The notes beneath the pieces are model-generated. The model was not told the origin of the DNA, did not search any database, and saw only the letters and a program-made list of their open reading frames with translations. Positions 13,625-28,001 of a stretch of DNA of 64,000 bases are shown piece after piece. The DNA is from Amoebidium appalachense (taxonomy: Eukaryota > Protista > Ichthyosporea), in NCBI GenBank assembly GCA_963693365.1, contig CAVNZM010000008.1:7264830-7328829 (forward strand), given 5' to 3'. The position numbers were made by a program, and so were the translations under genes. How positions within the stretch are numbered: the stretch's first letter is position 1; the number at the start of each line of letters is the position of its first letter.

Positions 13625-14303
13625 CCTACCCGTTCGTGCCGGGGGGTGGGGGGGAGAGGGGGAGGGGGAGGGGGGGAGGGGGGGGAGGGAGGGGGGAGTA
13701 AGGGATTTTTGAGTTTGAAATGGGGCAGGGAGATCGAGAGTAGTAAATATCGACGTCCCCCCTGGTAGTAACCCCCTCCCCCCCTCCTGGGGGGGGAGGG
13801 GGGAGCCCACCCCCCGGGTGGGTCCCCCCCCCTTCCCCAAAGTAGCCGCAGGGGTGGGTGGGTCCCCCCTCCCCCCTCGGAGGGGGGAGGGACCCACCTG
13901 GCCGAGTGGGGCGGTGGGTCCCCCCCTCCCCCCCCTTTTCCCCCCTGCATGCGCGTGATCATGGTACTAGAGAGTCCCCGAAGTTTTCACCCACCAAAGA
14001 CGGTATTCTTTTTGGCCACTGATGCATATCCCCCCCCCCCCCCCCCATACACACGCACACTCACGTGCACACGCACGCACGCACGCACCATACACGCGTG
14101 TGCGTGCGCGCTTGCGCACGAACCCATTCATGCACACACACACACACACAGTCACCCACACGCGGCCGTACACACATACGCACACACACGTGCACACACA
14201 CACACAGTGTCACACACACACACAAACCCACACATACACACACATGTGCGCGCGCACACTGCAGACACACACACGCGTGCGCGCATGCCTGTACACGCAC
14301 ACG

Positions 14304-14339
<36 letters not shown>

Positions 14340-14423
14340 GTCACACACCCACCCACACACACACCCACACACACACACACACACACACACTTCCCACCGT
14401 TCGTGCCCTCGGGGAGAGGAGGA

Positions 14424-14472
<49 letters not shown>

Positions 14473-14789
14473 CGGGGAGGCGGGGACTACTAGACCGTAT
14501 GGCATATATCCTGAGTTGCAGGTGATCATGGAATCCTATTTAATGTTAGCCTCAATATTTACGTTAACTTTTGGGATTGTATGTAAACCGCTGCTGGTTA
14601 AATACTTAGTCTATTATGTAATCACTGGGGTCAGGTGGGTGGCGGGTCCTCCCCCCCCCCCCCTCCCCCTGCTCGCCGGAGGGGTGGGTGGGTCCCCCCC
14701 TCTCCCCCTTCGGGGAAAAGGGGGGGATGGGTCCCCCCTCCCCCCAAAGTTACTACTACCCCCTTTCCCGTTTCAAAATCAGGAACCCC
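12718..14789. mobile_element. Non-autonomous PIF/Harbinger-like element with a duplicated left arm
   Basis: TTA TSD at 12715-12717 and 14790-14792. TIRs GGGATATTGAATTTGAAATGGGG and CCCGTTTCAAAATCAGGAACCCC. A second left TIR at 13702 starts a ~1-kb tandem copy of the left arm. Confidence 0.8.
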
Positions 14790-15349
14790 TTATAAACCCG
14801 CCAGCCCTATTTTCCTAAATTTTAGCGTGTCGACGTCATGCGCACGGGTGCGCATGCGCAGATGCATCACGTACATATCTGTGGATTTTATAGTCGTGTA
14901 CGTGTGGACCACGTACATGTAAGTGAAGGATTACTAAGGGATTTTTGTATTTGAAAATGTGGGGGGGGGGGGGGGGGGGAGTACTTATTATCGACGTCCG
15001 CCCTGGTGGTACCCCGCGGGGGGGGGGGGGGGGGGGGGTGGCGCACTTTGCGGAGGGGCGTCTGCGGAGGGGTGAATTTGACCCCTCCGCAAAGTCACCC
15101 CTCCGCGCCGAAAAAGCGACATTGCGGATGGGTTTTATGACTTCGTGGAGGGGTGCGGAGGGGTTTTTATAGCTTTGCGGAGGGATTGCGGAGGGGACAC
15201 CCCTCCGCCCACCCCTCCGCATAGCTATAAAAACCCCTCCGCACACCCCTCTGCGTGTGCCAAAAAAGACCTTGCAGAGGGGTGAGCAGAGGGGCGGGAC
15301 GAAAATGTTGCACTGCGGAGGGGCAACTTTTGAGGGGAAGAGGGGTGCC

Positions 15350-15392
<43 letters not shown>

Positions 15393-15742
15393 TGTGTAGT
15401 CTACTGCGCAGGAGGCGCCGGTGGGTGGCCGTGTCACGTGCACACGTGGTCCGCCGAACTGGGTCTGCATAGATCTCCGGATGTATGCAGCAAAATACTT
15501 CAGTTGGTGTTATTCTTCTTTAAATTTTTTTTTAGAGCGTTTTCAATGTTCAATTAATTTATAAATTTCCTTGATAGATGTGTGTCACACCGACCGGCAT
15601 TCAGAAAGCGAAACACAGCCTACAATAAGTGATGAATCACGTGGCCACATATGTGCCGGTATGTCATTCCATACCGGCATCAATCTGTCGTGACATGTGT
15701 CCATTAAAGATTGAACTTAGAACTTGTCTGTTTGGTTACAGG

Positions 15743-15959
15743 CAGGGAGGAGGAGGGAGGAGGAGGGGGAGGGGGAGGAGAAGGGGGTAGGGAGAGGGGG
15801 GGGGGGGGATGTACCGACTTGACTATATATTAGTCGCCAGTCGTAGTCACTGAAATTGTAAAGTCGTGTAGTAGTAGTCGAGTCACCGAGGGTGCCACTT
15901 TCCGGATCCGACTTTAGGCCCCACGACTTTGTGTGGGTGGTGGTGGTGGTGGTGGTGGT

Positions 15960-15997
<38 letters not shown>

Positions 15998-17162
15998 TGC
16001 TCATGCTTACGTGTACATGTGGGCAGTGAAATCCTGATTATGCGCCGTGTTGTGTATGTCTTGGGGTCGGCCCCTGACGGGGGTGAGGGAAGTCGATATC
16101 GATATATAGCACGGCCACACATGCATCAATAACCATACTAATTAGCACCGCATATATACTTATATGTCTGGCAGGTCTTCAATTGCAACCGCACACGTTT
16201 GGGCGTTACAGTCATGGAATGCATGTGTGCAGAACTCACCCCAGCATGCACACTCACCGGTAGCATGCAGCTTGCATGCAAGAAGCAGATATGCCACTTT
16301 AATGCTTTCCAGAATTAGCGTGCGGATATTCAGGAAGCGTGATTGGCACATTATGTACATGGCGCCCACACCGTGGGTGTATACCTAGCCCCCGAGTATC
16401 CGCTTCTTGCATCGCTGGCACGGCGGTATTTGGCAATACCAGCATCCTCTGGTGGCAGTGAAAGACTTTTCTCCCGTGCTGGTACCATAGTTAGTGAAAA
16501 GAGAACGCGGTTAACCACGGCCCGAGTGGAGCAAATTCTCTTTTGCCATGACAACCAGCACATTTTGAAATCTCTCCGACCACCTGAAAAACTAGCTCTC
16601 GTCAAGCCTTGGGGGTGGTGATGGATAAGGGAGGCTAAGGCTGGCAAGTATGAGCATAATTTGAGGGGGGGGGGGGGGGGGGGGGGTTGCATGGGGAGGG
16701 GGGCCGGGGGGGGGGGGGGGGGGGGGGGTACTGTGATGTAGGACATGGTTCTACTTAGGACGGTGGTAGGCAATGGTTCTAGAGCTGTTTTCTGCATGAA
16801 TTTTTCTTAGTGTATTCAGTGTTTGTTTTCTGTTTTTTTTTTCTTCTTTTTTTTTTTTTTTTTTGGGAGGGGGGCCAACGATGCCAGTGGCATTCGAAAT
16901 CATAGTCTTTTCTAACAATGGCTTTATAGAAAAAGTAGTGACACCGTGATTTCGCGGTTCAACCTGAATTTATTATCACTTAAGGTGACCTTGCAAGGGT
17001 ACGTGCACTGATCAATTGTACACTATTTTTCGCCGCGGCAGCAACGGTACCCGTGGAAATTTTTGATTAAATGTGATTACATGACCACTTCTCTTCAAGC
17101 CATACAATGGCAGTTTACTCCCTCCCCCCCCCCCCCCCCCCCCCCACCTGTCCCCCTCCGCT

Positions 17163-17200
<38 letters not shown>

Positions 17201-17343
17201 CCCCATCATCATATGAAAGTCGTCAGTTTAGTCGTAGTCGTAGTCGTTGAGAGACCCCTGACTTTAATCGCAGTCGTAGTCAGTGAAATCCGAACTTGAC
17301 TAGTCAAGTCGAGTCGTAGTCGGCACGGTCCGGTACAACCCTG
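15743..17343 (+). mobile_element. Internally deleted hAT transposon
   Basis: Perfect 8-bp TSD GTTACAGG at 15735-15742 and 17344-17351. CAGGG...CCCTG termini, GTCGTA/GTAGTC subterminal repeats, and a hAT dimerization-domain fragment inside. Confidence 0.92.
16394..16621 (+). pseudogene. hAT transposase C-terminal dimerization domain fragment
   Basis: EYPLLASLARRYLAIPASSGGSERLFSRAGTIVSEKRTRLTTARVEQILFCHDN matches the hATC consensus P.L..LA..YL.IPASS..SER.FS.AG......R.RL. Confidence 0.92.
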
Positions 17344-18245
17344 GTTACAGGTCTAAATCTCAAATCGTGCCAATCATAATACCCTAAATTATAAAATAGA
17401 CATACCTTAGGCTGCGACAAGATATTTCGTGGGCGCACGGGCGCGCAACGCGCACTCCCTTTGCTTCGAAGTATCTTAGTTATTTATTCAAATATAATAA
17501 ATAACGGCTAACTAATAGCTTCAGGACCTCTAATTTTTCAGGCACTTATACTCCTTCACATTATAAAACTATTTACCTTTTTCCGTAAAGAACAATGCCT
17601 ATAGTTCACATCATGCGCGAACTGGCTGGGGGGGGGGGGGGGGGGGAGGGGGGGAGGGGGGGAGGGGGGGAGGGGGGTGGGGGGGGTGGGGGGGGGGGCA
17701 GCACCCCTCTGCAGTGGGCTTTTGATGTATTTTTGAACCCCTCCGCAGAGTCGTTTTTTTTGGCACCCGTCCTTGAAACCCCTCTGCTTCGTGAATTCTA
17801 ACACTCGCGAAGGGGTGGATGGGGGTATGCGGAGGGGGTAACTTCTGGGGTGCAGAGGGGTCCACCCCTCCGCAAAGTAAGAAAACCCCTCCGCAACCTA
17901 ACTTTTGCCCCTCCGCAAAACCGTCGAACCCCTCCGCAAGTTCATGAAAACCCCTCTGCACCCCTCCGCAAGTGCGCGGAGGGGTGACTTTGCGGAGGGG
18001 AGGGGTAAAAAATGACCCCTCCGCAGACGCCCCTCCGCAATGCCGTCGTCCCCTCCGGGGGGTGGGTGGGTCCCTCCCCCCTCCCCAAGGTAGCCGCAGG
18101 GGTGGGTGGGTCCCCCCTCCCCCCCCTCTCCCCCCCCCCCCCCCCCCCCGGCCCCTAATAACACTCACCTCCCCGTCCCCTCCCCCCCCCCCTCCCTCAC
18201 CCTGCTCGTTTACCACACAAGTAAATGCATGTGCACATGGGCACG

Positions 18246-18311
<66 letters not shown>

Positions 18312-18961
18312 CACACACTTGCAACGGTCAACTATTATTAAGTAAGTATTGTGGGCAAAGTTATCCGGCCCAATATGCAGTGTTCGTGTGTGTATCTGTG
18401 TGTCCGGGAATGTATGTGTGTGTGGTGTGGCCGCCGGTGAGTGTATCTGACTGTGTTCATATCGGGTGCTCATCGCTGGTCAAAGTTTGTGAGTTTGTGC
18501 CCTCGTGTCTGTGTGTGGTACATGCATGTGCAGGCACGTGTGAATTGAATACGTAAAAGTGTGTGCTGTGTGTGTGCGCGGCGGGGCGACTGGAGACGAG
18601 TGCGAGAGGGGGGGGGGGGGGAAGGGGGGGGGGGGGGACAGGGGGGGACGGGGGGGGGGGGGGGGGGGGTAGTATGATCTTACGACATAGCCTGAGTTTC
18701 AGGTGTCACTGATCAATGCAGCCTACGGGGTGGGTGGTGGGTCCCACCCCCCCCTCCCCCTGCTAGCCGAGGGGTGGTGCCCCCCCCCCCCCCCCCCCCC
18801 CCCCTCCCCAGTGGACCCACCTATCCAAGGGGGTGGGTGGGTCCCTCCCCCCCCCCCCCCCCCCCCCCCAAATTGGCTACTACCCCCCTCCCCGTCACAA
18901 AATCAAGAATCCCTAAGTTGATTTTGTGTTCGTGTGCCATCACGGGGCTCAGTGTACATGT

Positions 18962-19175
18962 TTTTATTTTTAATTTTGTTTTTTTATTTTTTATTTTATT
19001 ATTATTTTATCCCGTTTTGTTCCCGGAAGTAACCCTGGGGGCCCTCCTGGGGAACTACCGTCTTCCACCCAGCACCGACAGTACTCTAGCTAGGGTGCTA
19101 CGATGCTATTAGCTAAACTAACACACCTATAGCAATCCTAACTATATATACACACTTTGCCCAGGGTATTAACCC
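18962..19175 (-). mobile_element. Short poly(A)-tailed retro-insertion (SINE or LINE 3' end)
   Basis: A 10-bp direct repeat GTGTACATGT sits at 18952-18961 and 19176-19185. There is a ~50-nt T-rich tail on the + strand, and the segment is absent from family X copy 1. Confidence 0.7.
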
Positions 19176-20266
19176 GTGTACATGTGTTTGTGTGTGTCGG
19201 GTGTACTGTACGGTGTAGTATTGTGTGTGTGTGTGTGTGTGAGTACTGTGTGTTTGACGAATGTGTGTTTGTGTTTGTGTGTGTACATGGGTGTGTGTTT
19301 CAGTGTGTGTCAACGGTTTGTGTGTGCCACGGAGTGTGTGTGACACACTGTGTGTGTGTGTGCGTGTACGCGCGTGCGTGTGTAAAAGTTCGTCTATCTG
19401 TGTCCGTGACGGTGCGCGGTGCGCATGCGTGCCTATGCACATGTGCCACACGGTGTCGGACTGCATGTGCACGGGCCCGGGGTGTGTACATCATACATGC
19501 ACTGCAGCACAGCTGCAACATGTGAGCGTGTTTCACTGTTTTTATTATTATATAATGCGCGGATGCGTGTGTGCGTGTACATTATGATCACTGCCGCATG
19601 ATGTGTCACAATGAGGATGACGTGTGCGGCCATGGTGTACACATGTACATCAGGTCCATTGCTTTTAATGCAATGCATTGGCAACATGTACACATGTACA
19701 CGTGTGTATACGTACACGTGCACATAAAGCATCGACATGTCTTTAGGGAGGCTCTCGGAGTGAGATCGGCCAATCAACGTACCTCTTCGCACATTTTGTA
19801 CAATATTGTACAATTTCTAACTCATGCCAAGTTTTGCCAACGTTGGTTCCGTATGTACGTGCTGCATGATGGCAACCATTGCATTACTTGATTTTGATAT
19901 CTAAAAGTTGTGGTTCTTGTCAATGTGTGACGGACGTCACGGAACTTCAAACGGTACCCTGCACACGGACAAACGGACACGCCCCGGCCAGCCAGTCACT
20001 GAAAGGAGTGGGGGAGGTTCCCCCTAGACCGCCAAAGAATTCTCAACTTGAACCGAATTTTTTGACTCAGTTGTTGAATAAAATTTTGGATATTACACGA
20101 GAACTGCACGCTTTAATACCCGGAAAACTTATTTAAACACAGGGGTTCAATGATTTATTTCCCCAAAATCTACAAATGAGTAGAATGATGCATTAACAAT
20201 TCCACAGGCTGGTGGTACCGGATATAGACCATTGAAAACACTGTACAGCAAAAGCCAATCAAACTG

Positions 20267-21084
20267 CAGGGCAGGAAATTACACTGTTTTCGGAAGTAAA
20301 TATATCGCTAATTTTCAGAAAGTACCAGTAAAGCATGGGACTTAGTTCCACCTGAGTTGGAGGTTGGGGAAGTAAAAAAAAAAAGAATAATGCCCTCCCC
20401 CTAGCCCCCCCCCCCCCCCCCCCCCCCCACCCCGCCCCAACTGCCCAAAGCTTGAGCTCAGTCTCAATTTTTCCGATTTTTTCATGGGAAAACACTGGAA
20501 CTTGCAATCACGAAAAAAGTTATCTACATACATACAGCATTATATCTCATGACCAGTCCATTGCCGGACAATGCATAAGGAAAAAGCAGGAAGTAATATC
20601 CACTCAATATTTAATTTGATCTGCTTTCGGGGCTCGTTGTATTTTTGTTTTGCATTCAAGCTACAAACGTTTAGAGATATACAATAGTTCAGCAGATGAC
20701 TGAGGCTCGAAAGGAGCAGTCAACGTTAACACAGTAAATCGCCTCCAAATAAAAGGCACACATGATTGTTGGGAATAACTGACAGAAAATCTTAAATATA
20801 TAGTAATATAAACGCAAGGTTATGATATTGCCAATGAATCATACGGGGGGTCCGGGCCCCCGGCGCCGGATAGGTATACATATATCAGATAGATATAGGG
20901 AAGTAAAAGGAAGTGAATTTATAACTTATACTTGCTTTCATTGCTTTATTTGCTCGACTCACACTACACAATACCGGATCGAATCGTCCCAAAATACACA
21001 AACCCGACTCGGCCCACTGGACCGAATCCACTAGAAGCTACTGCTACCGAGGGAGCACACACCCCCAGACACACACACACATAC

Positions 21085-21121
<37 letters not shown>

Positions 21122-21210
21122 ATGCCCGTGTGCATATATCTATGTTATGTGCGTCTGCGCGCGCAGGCGTGTGTGTGGTGTGCGCGTGCGCACATGTGTG
21201 TGTGTGTGTG

Positions 21211-21284
<74 letters not shown>

Positions 21285-21297
21285 TCTGTGTGTGTGA

Positions 21298-21377
<80 letters not shown>

Positions 21378-21684
21378 GAAATAAGCTTGAAAGCTGCGAC
21401 GGGGAAAGAAAATATGTGCGGGCGGGAGGGTGGGCGATGCCATGAGAGGAGGCGACGGGGAATATGCTAATAGACGACCGATCTAAGGTCGGCTTATATA
21501 CCCATAAGCCTCCTCTACCAGGCCGCTGATTGGCCACATAACCATTGTGGCCCAATCAGACGGCCGAAGAATAAGTTAATAAATGGAATTGTCCAATCAA
21601 TTCAGACATTTCTCTGGACAAAAATAGGCGGCGATCCGCCAGGTGCCAAAATACAGTAATCCTAAAGTGTAGTTTCTAGCCCTG
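20267..21684. mobile_element. Non-autonomous TIR element with hAT-like CAGGG ends
   Basis: TIRs read CAGGGCAGGAAATTACACT and (reverse complement) CAGGGCTAGAAACTACACT. Flanks are AATCAAACTG and AATCAAAGCG. The empty site AGCCAATCAAAGCGAGA is visible at ~7959 in family X copy 1. Confidence 0.75.
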
Positions 21685-21762
21685 AATCAAAGCGAGAATT
21701 CATACTTCCACGAACTATCCCCTACAACTTTCGCCTGTGGGGCTTGTCGCATATGCTTGAAA

Positions 21763-23850
21763 TATTTTTTCTTTTGACTGGATTTATTCGACGGAAAGAT
21801 ATGCAAGTATGGCACGGCATACTGAGAAGACAATAAAAACTTCACGAGTTATCCAGTAACAAGTGCATACTGAGATACCTGAACACTGTGTGAAAATCAT
21901 ATAAATACTCAATGTGACGACCAACAGAATTCAACAAAAAGTCTAAAGTGTTCACATTGCCAGCTAGTGTAGCAGACACCCGTAGGGAAAGAGGTAAAAC
22001 GCGACATAAAAACTCACACCTATCAACATGCTTGCGAATAAAAAGTTCAGCACAAAAGTGGCACCAGCGGCGATGAAAACAAGAATTACAACGCCACTGC
22101 ACAACTTCCCAGGCAATATCAACATCAGAGCACCATACAGACTTATCTACTAGGGTGGTATCCATACCTTCAGCAGGAGAAATGTATCCTGCCAAAGCGA
22201 TCAAAAAGCGATAATGATCAGTACGGTGTTGCCTATTAGGGAACATAACACATGCCGACTGAGTTTTACCTTTGATTTCTCTATCAGAACGAGAAAGAAA
22301 CTTATACTGCGTATGGTAATAACGCGAAAAGGCAGAAAAAACAGGAAGAGAAAAGAAAGAGGGAGTAAGATAGCGAGAGGAAGAATCAGGTTGAAAGAGG
22401 GTAGGCTGAGGACATTCAGAAGTAGCTTTGGTGAATCGGGGGGGAAGAGGGATGGAGGGAGGGGGGGGAAAGAAAGCATAAAGAGGGTGGCCATCAGGTA
22501 TCCTAACTAAATGAAAACAAAAACGAAGAGACAATTCCTCCATACGACAAACAGCAGACGACAATCCAAACATACTGATTACGGGAGGCACAAACCGAGT
22601 ACGAAACAAAGTACGCAGCGCAGTACCCTGAAAATCGTCGAACTCTTTCAGCGCCACGGCCGTCTCGCGAGGTGGGGCGCAGGCCAATAGCGGAAGTCCA
22701 TATTCGAAAGTCGGCCGTAAAAAAGTTTTATAGTAGAGAAGAAGGTTCGCAGGATGGATCACAGACTCCGTTGAAACATATTTGACACGATGTGAAGCTT
22801 ATTCTTCGCACGAGCGATCCGTGCCGTGAGGAGCTTGCGGAAATCAATACCCCGTACAGTAAAAGGAATACCTAAATAGTCATAGGTGCTCTGAACAGGA
22901 ATAGGAAGACCGGCCAATCGAAAGGAAGCGTTTTTCGAAAAAGTAGCACACTTTGCAATTCCGACTGTCATGAGATTCTCGGTGCACCATTGATCCATTT
23001 GACGAAGCATCTGGTGCATGACGTCTTCGGTGAAGGAACAAAGAACAATATCGTCCGCAAAAAGGAGACCCAGTACACGGCGGGTATGCAGTTGGCCAAA
23101 AGGTTCGAGGGCGCAGGCTAAATCGTCGATGAAAACGTCAAACAACAACGGACTCAGGAGGGACCCCTGCAGAAGACCCCGAGAACGAGAAAAACCGGGC
23201 GTTAATGTTCCATTGACCGCTGCTCCTCCGAGTGGTATTGAACAGCCTTGCAGAAGACGGCCAAAGGGGGCTGGTAAGCCCCCGCATAGCCAGCTTATGC
23301 CATAACAAACCAGTGGGTACGGTGTTGTAGGCGTTCTTAAGGTCGATGAAGACAACATGCGGAGAGCCAGAAGTAATGGATTCATGGAGTAACAGGCTGT
23401 GGTATAACACGAATAGGCATGACGAAGCCCCCTTGAAGGGAAGAAAGACGGAACACGGCTTTTAAAGAATCGTCGGTGTTAAACGCGTGAAGCATGCACC
23501 CCTCGAAGAGCCGACGAAAAACGTTGGTAAGTGTGACGGGACGAAAGTCGTTAATGACCCCCTGCGATACCTTCTTACGAACGGACTTAACGATTGTGTC
23601 AAGCCACGAATTTGGAATAAACCCGAGTTCGAAAAAAGCCGAAAAAAACTCACTAAGAAGGACAGCAAAAGGCGGGGGCGGGGGGGACTCTGCACGATTA
23701 CGGGGCGGAAGCACGGGAGAAAGAACCTTGAAAAGCACGGGAGGAAGAGCATCCGGCCCGCACGCTTTGCGGGGTTTTAACGCCCGACGGCGTATAGCAC
23801 CAAAAACAGCCGAAGAGTTGAAATAACTGTGGAAAGTGCCCGGGACCGTA
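21763..23850 (-). mobile_element. 5'-truncated, frameshifted non-LTR retrotransposon (family 2)
   Basis: RT motifs run across ORF fragments: DFRPVTLTNVFRRLFE, FIDLKNAYNTV, RGLLQGSLLSPLLF, LLFADDI, YDYLGIPF and RPTFEYGL. The C-terminus has a CHFC..KHVDRC knuckle and TLDFLLN. A short 3' UTR with AATAAA and an A-rich end lies at ~21763-21790. Confidence 0.9.
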
Positions 23851-24389
23851 ATTTGCTTATATATACATATACCGTATGATATTTATGATTTATTTGCATA
23901 TATTTGCACGGCACATATTTTTATATATTTGCATACATTTGCGGCAAGTTGCAGGTGACCCCTCATGGTACCGGTCCGCCATTCTAAAGTCTGCTTATCT
24001 GGTTATGCGCTCACTGGAGTACGTGTGATCATAAATAGCAAGAGCTTTGAAGACTAAGTTATTTGTTGATTATTAGCTTGTGCTCTCTCTCTTCCATTCT
24101 GTACTTTTTCCCCTCGTGCTCTCTCTCTCTCTCTCTCTCTCTCTCCCCCCCCCCCCTCCCCCGTCTCTATCTCTTTATCTCTCTCTCTCTCCTCTCTCTA
24201 TCTCTCTCTCTCGCTCTCTCCCTCTCTCTCTAGATCCCCCCCCCCCCCCCCCCCTCCCCCTCCCTGAGTCTCTTTCTCTCTCCTTGTGTGTGTGTGTGTG
24301 TGTGTATTTCTTATCTCTCACAGAGGCTTTCTCTCTCCCTTTCCTCCCCCCCCCCCCCCCCCCCCCCTTCTTTCCCCTCTCTAATGATA

Positions 24390-24434
<45 letters not shown>

Positions 24435-24802
24435 GTGTGCGTGTGTGTGTGTGTGTGTGTGTGATACTGGTATATATACTATGTAGATAACATATAGATA
24501 TCTTGAACTTGCGCAAAATATTATTATCTAATACAGCTTCTTGCAGAAGTATGCCATGATGATGTTACGTATAAACTCAGTGGTGGCAGAAACGGGTTGT
24601 GCTAAGACCACACAGAGCGGCCTGAGTCAATTTATATCATACGAGAAGTGTGGGGATTCGAAAGGGAGGGGGGGGAGGGGGGGGGGGGGGGGGAGGAGAG
24701 AGGGATGCCGTTTCTGTGTGTGCACATGAGGGTGTACAGTGTGTGTTCGTTGACTAGTGACCGTGTGTGCTTTCCTGGCTGCTTCAATGTACTGGTGTGC
24801 CA

Positions 24803-25520
<718 letters not shown>

Positions 25521-25754
25521 AGTGTGTGTGCGTGCGCGTGCACACGTATTTGTGTACGGTATCTCACACAGTATTCATCGATTTGATGATATGAAGGGAT
25601 CATCTGGAGTTCGCTATCAAAATTGATTGGATGGCGAGCCGCAACCAATCACAAAAACAGAATCGGAAGAATAACTTTTTTAGTAGCGCTCCGCGCAAAA
25701 CCGTTGGATAACATATATAGGTGAAATAGGTGATATTCGACCTCAGACCAACAT

Positions 25755-27837
25755 AGAATCGATCCTCCCCTTTTTCAGTCCCGATGCCATATGGTCTGTG
25801 ATATCTAGTTATAGCTCTAGTAAGTCTTGTGGACCTGATGGACTCCCTGCTGGGTTTCTTAAAATCCTTGTTCCCTCCTACCCACAAAAGGAAAGTGATC
25901 GTGCTATTAAACCTGATCTTACTATCATGTTAAGCTCTCTCTTTTCTTGGTGTGTTAAATGTGGACATGTCCCGTCATCTTGGTTAGATACCTTAGTGAT
26001 CCCCATAGTTAAGAAGGACTCTGAGGGCCCCATATCATCCTTTCGCCCCATTACACTAACCCAGGTTGTTCATAGATTCTTTGAAGCTTGCTTACTTAGG
26101 TTATTTGCACATCACCCTAGGTTTCAATCTATTCTTCACATACACCCATGCCAATCCACTTTTCGTAAAAACAATTCATGTTATGTTCAAATAATGGCAC
26201 TGCACGATTCTATGCAAGTTGGTGCACAATATGTTGGCTTTATTGATTGGAAAACTGCTTACGATTCTGTCTCCCCTGGTCTCCTATGGGAAAAGCTTGC
26301 TGCACGGGGTGTACCACACTGCATTGGTGTTCTGTTAGAAGCACTCTTGTCTCAAACCTATGGTAGAGCTGTGGTTAATGGGCATCTTTCATATGGTTTT
26401 GCTCGTACTAGAGGTCTCTTGCAGGGTTCATTGCTTAGCCCCTTTTTGTTTAACCTATTTATAGATGATTTGGCTGTCAAGATTTACGCCGAAAACGATG
26501 ACCCTATTAATAACTTTCCGCCTGCACTTCTCTATGCTGATGATCTGTCCCTCCTTGCCCGTACCCCTAGACGCCTGCAAAGATTGTTCGATGTAGTGTC
26601 AGAGTGGTGCAAGGCAAACCTTATGATCCTTAACATAGACAAATGTGGTGTTCTTGTACCTGATATAGCTAACAATTTACACACATTTACATTATCATCT
26701 AAACCTGTACCTATAGTTCCAGAATACAAATATCTTGGTGTTCCGGTTGATTCTGTTGGTGTTATGTTTCCCCATATGGTCGAAAAGAGGGTAGAGTTGG
26801 CTCGTAAGCGGTTAGCTTTCTTCTCGGCTAATATTTTTAAAGACACACCCCTCCATCCTTCTATTAGACTTACATTTATCCGCACTTTTGTCTTCCCGGC
26901 ATGTGAATATGGTTTACCCCTTCTCGCCGCTTGGATCAAGAAAGAGAGAACTAGAGCGCTTAAACCCTTGGCAAATTTCCTTGAAGCAGAAGTTGCCTCC
27001 TTTCTATCTAACAACTGTTGTAAACCTGGGCCTGTAACGCTCTCGATATATGGTCTGGTCCCAATAGCTGCTAGAGTATCCTATCTCGCGCTGAAATTCA
27101 ATAAGCACATAAGCCGCTTAAAGAAGTATTTGCCCTCCCACCCTCTCTTCTCTATCCGACCTGTCCCCTCCTCACCCTCTCCCCTCTTTCCTCCCCTCTC
27201 TCTCCCCTTCTCCCCTGGGCACAAATACAAATAAACCCCGCAATAGTGTGTGTGTGACTTTGGACTGCCACTTACTTATTAAACATGTACACAATCACAA
27301 GATAATCACGCAATATAACAAATGGAAAAAGATACCACACGACACTAGACCCGATGAAAGCATACACCTTGAAAAACTAAGCCTTATGTCTCGTTTTATA
27401 TATACTGACCGCCTCAACCATATTGCCAAATATGGCACTCGCAAGTGTATAACACCTAAATACATATTACCTTCCTGTAGAACTGGTCTTTCTCTAGCTG
27501 ATGGTATTATTGATCAATTACCACGCTTTTACTGTACACGTGCTATACAGTGGAGATCTAATAAGTACAAGGTGGCATCATTTGCATGCCCAAACAACAC
27601 ACACACACACCAGTTTAACCGGTCATGTATCGCCAAATGTAGTTTGATAGACCACATAATACCGCAACACACACACGTCACATTCACAACAGACACCCAG
27701 AAAGATAGCCTACCTGTAAATTACAACATCCTTGATTTTATACTAAACACGCGTAACTACGACCTGTTTATTAGATGTATTGATTGGCTTGAGAAACACA
27801 TCACTACAAAATTATAGCGCACGCGCACACACACACA

Positions 27838-27896
<59 letters not shown>

Positions 27897-27959
27897 CAGC
27901 TGATACCGAGTGTCCCGAGGGGAGCCCCTTTAAAAAAAAAAAAAAAAAAAAATAAATAA

Positions 27960-28001
<42 letters not shown>

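Larger units (their letters stand above)
15041..18050. mobile_element. TIR/foldback element with long subterminal arrays of TGCGGAGGGG
   Basis: Inverted ends TGCGGAGGGGCGTCTGCGGAGGGGT..CCCCTCCGCAAAGTCACCCCTCCGCGC at ~15049-15108 and, reverse-complemented, ~17974-18040. More than 10 copies of the 10-mer in each ~300-bp arm. TSD not resolved. Confidence 0.7.
14938..18913. mobile_element. Second PIF/Harbinger-like element of the same family, hosting nested insertions
   Basis: TAA TSD at 14935-14937 and 18914-18916. TIRs GGGATTTTTGTATTTGAAA and TCACAAAATCAAGAATCCC. The internal sequence resumes at ~18051, matching 12826-12890. Confidence 0.8.
12630..21762. repeat. 'Family X' copy 2, split by at least four insertions
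   Basis: Segments at 12630-12714, 14793-14934, 18917-18961, 19176-20266 and 21685-21762 align in order with 5710-8045. Confidence 0.7.

Noticed and set aside
26532-27014. 160-aa antisense ORF, duplicated at 37551-38033
   Set aside because: It is a shadow of the RT reading frame and is duplicated only because the LINE is.
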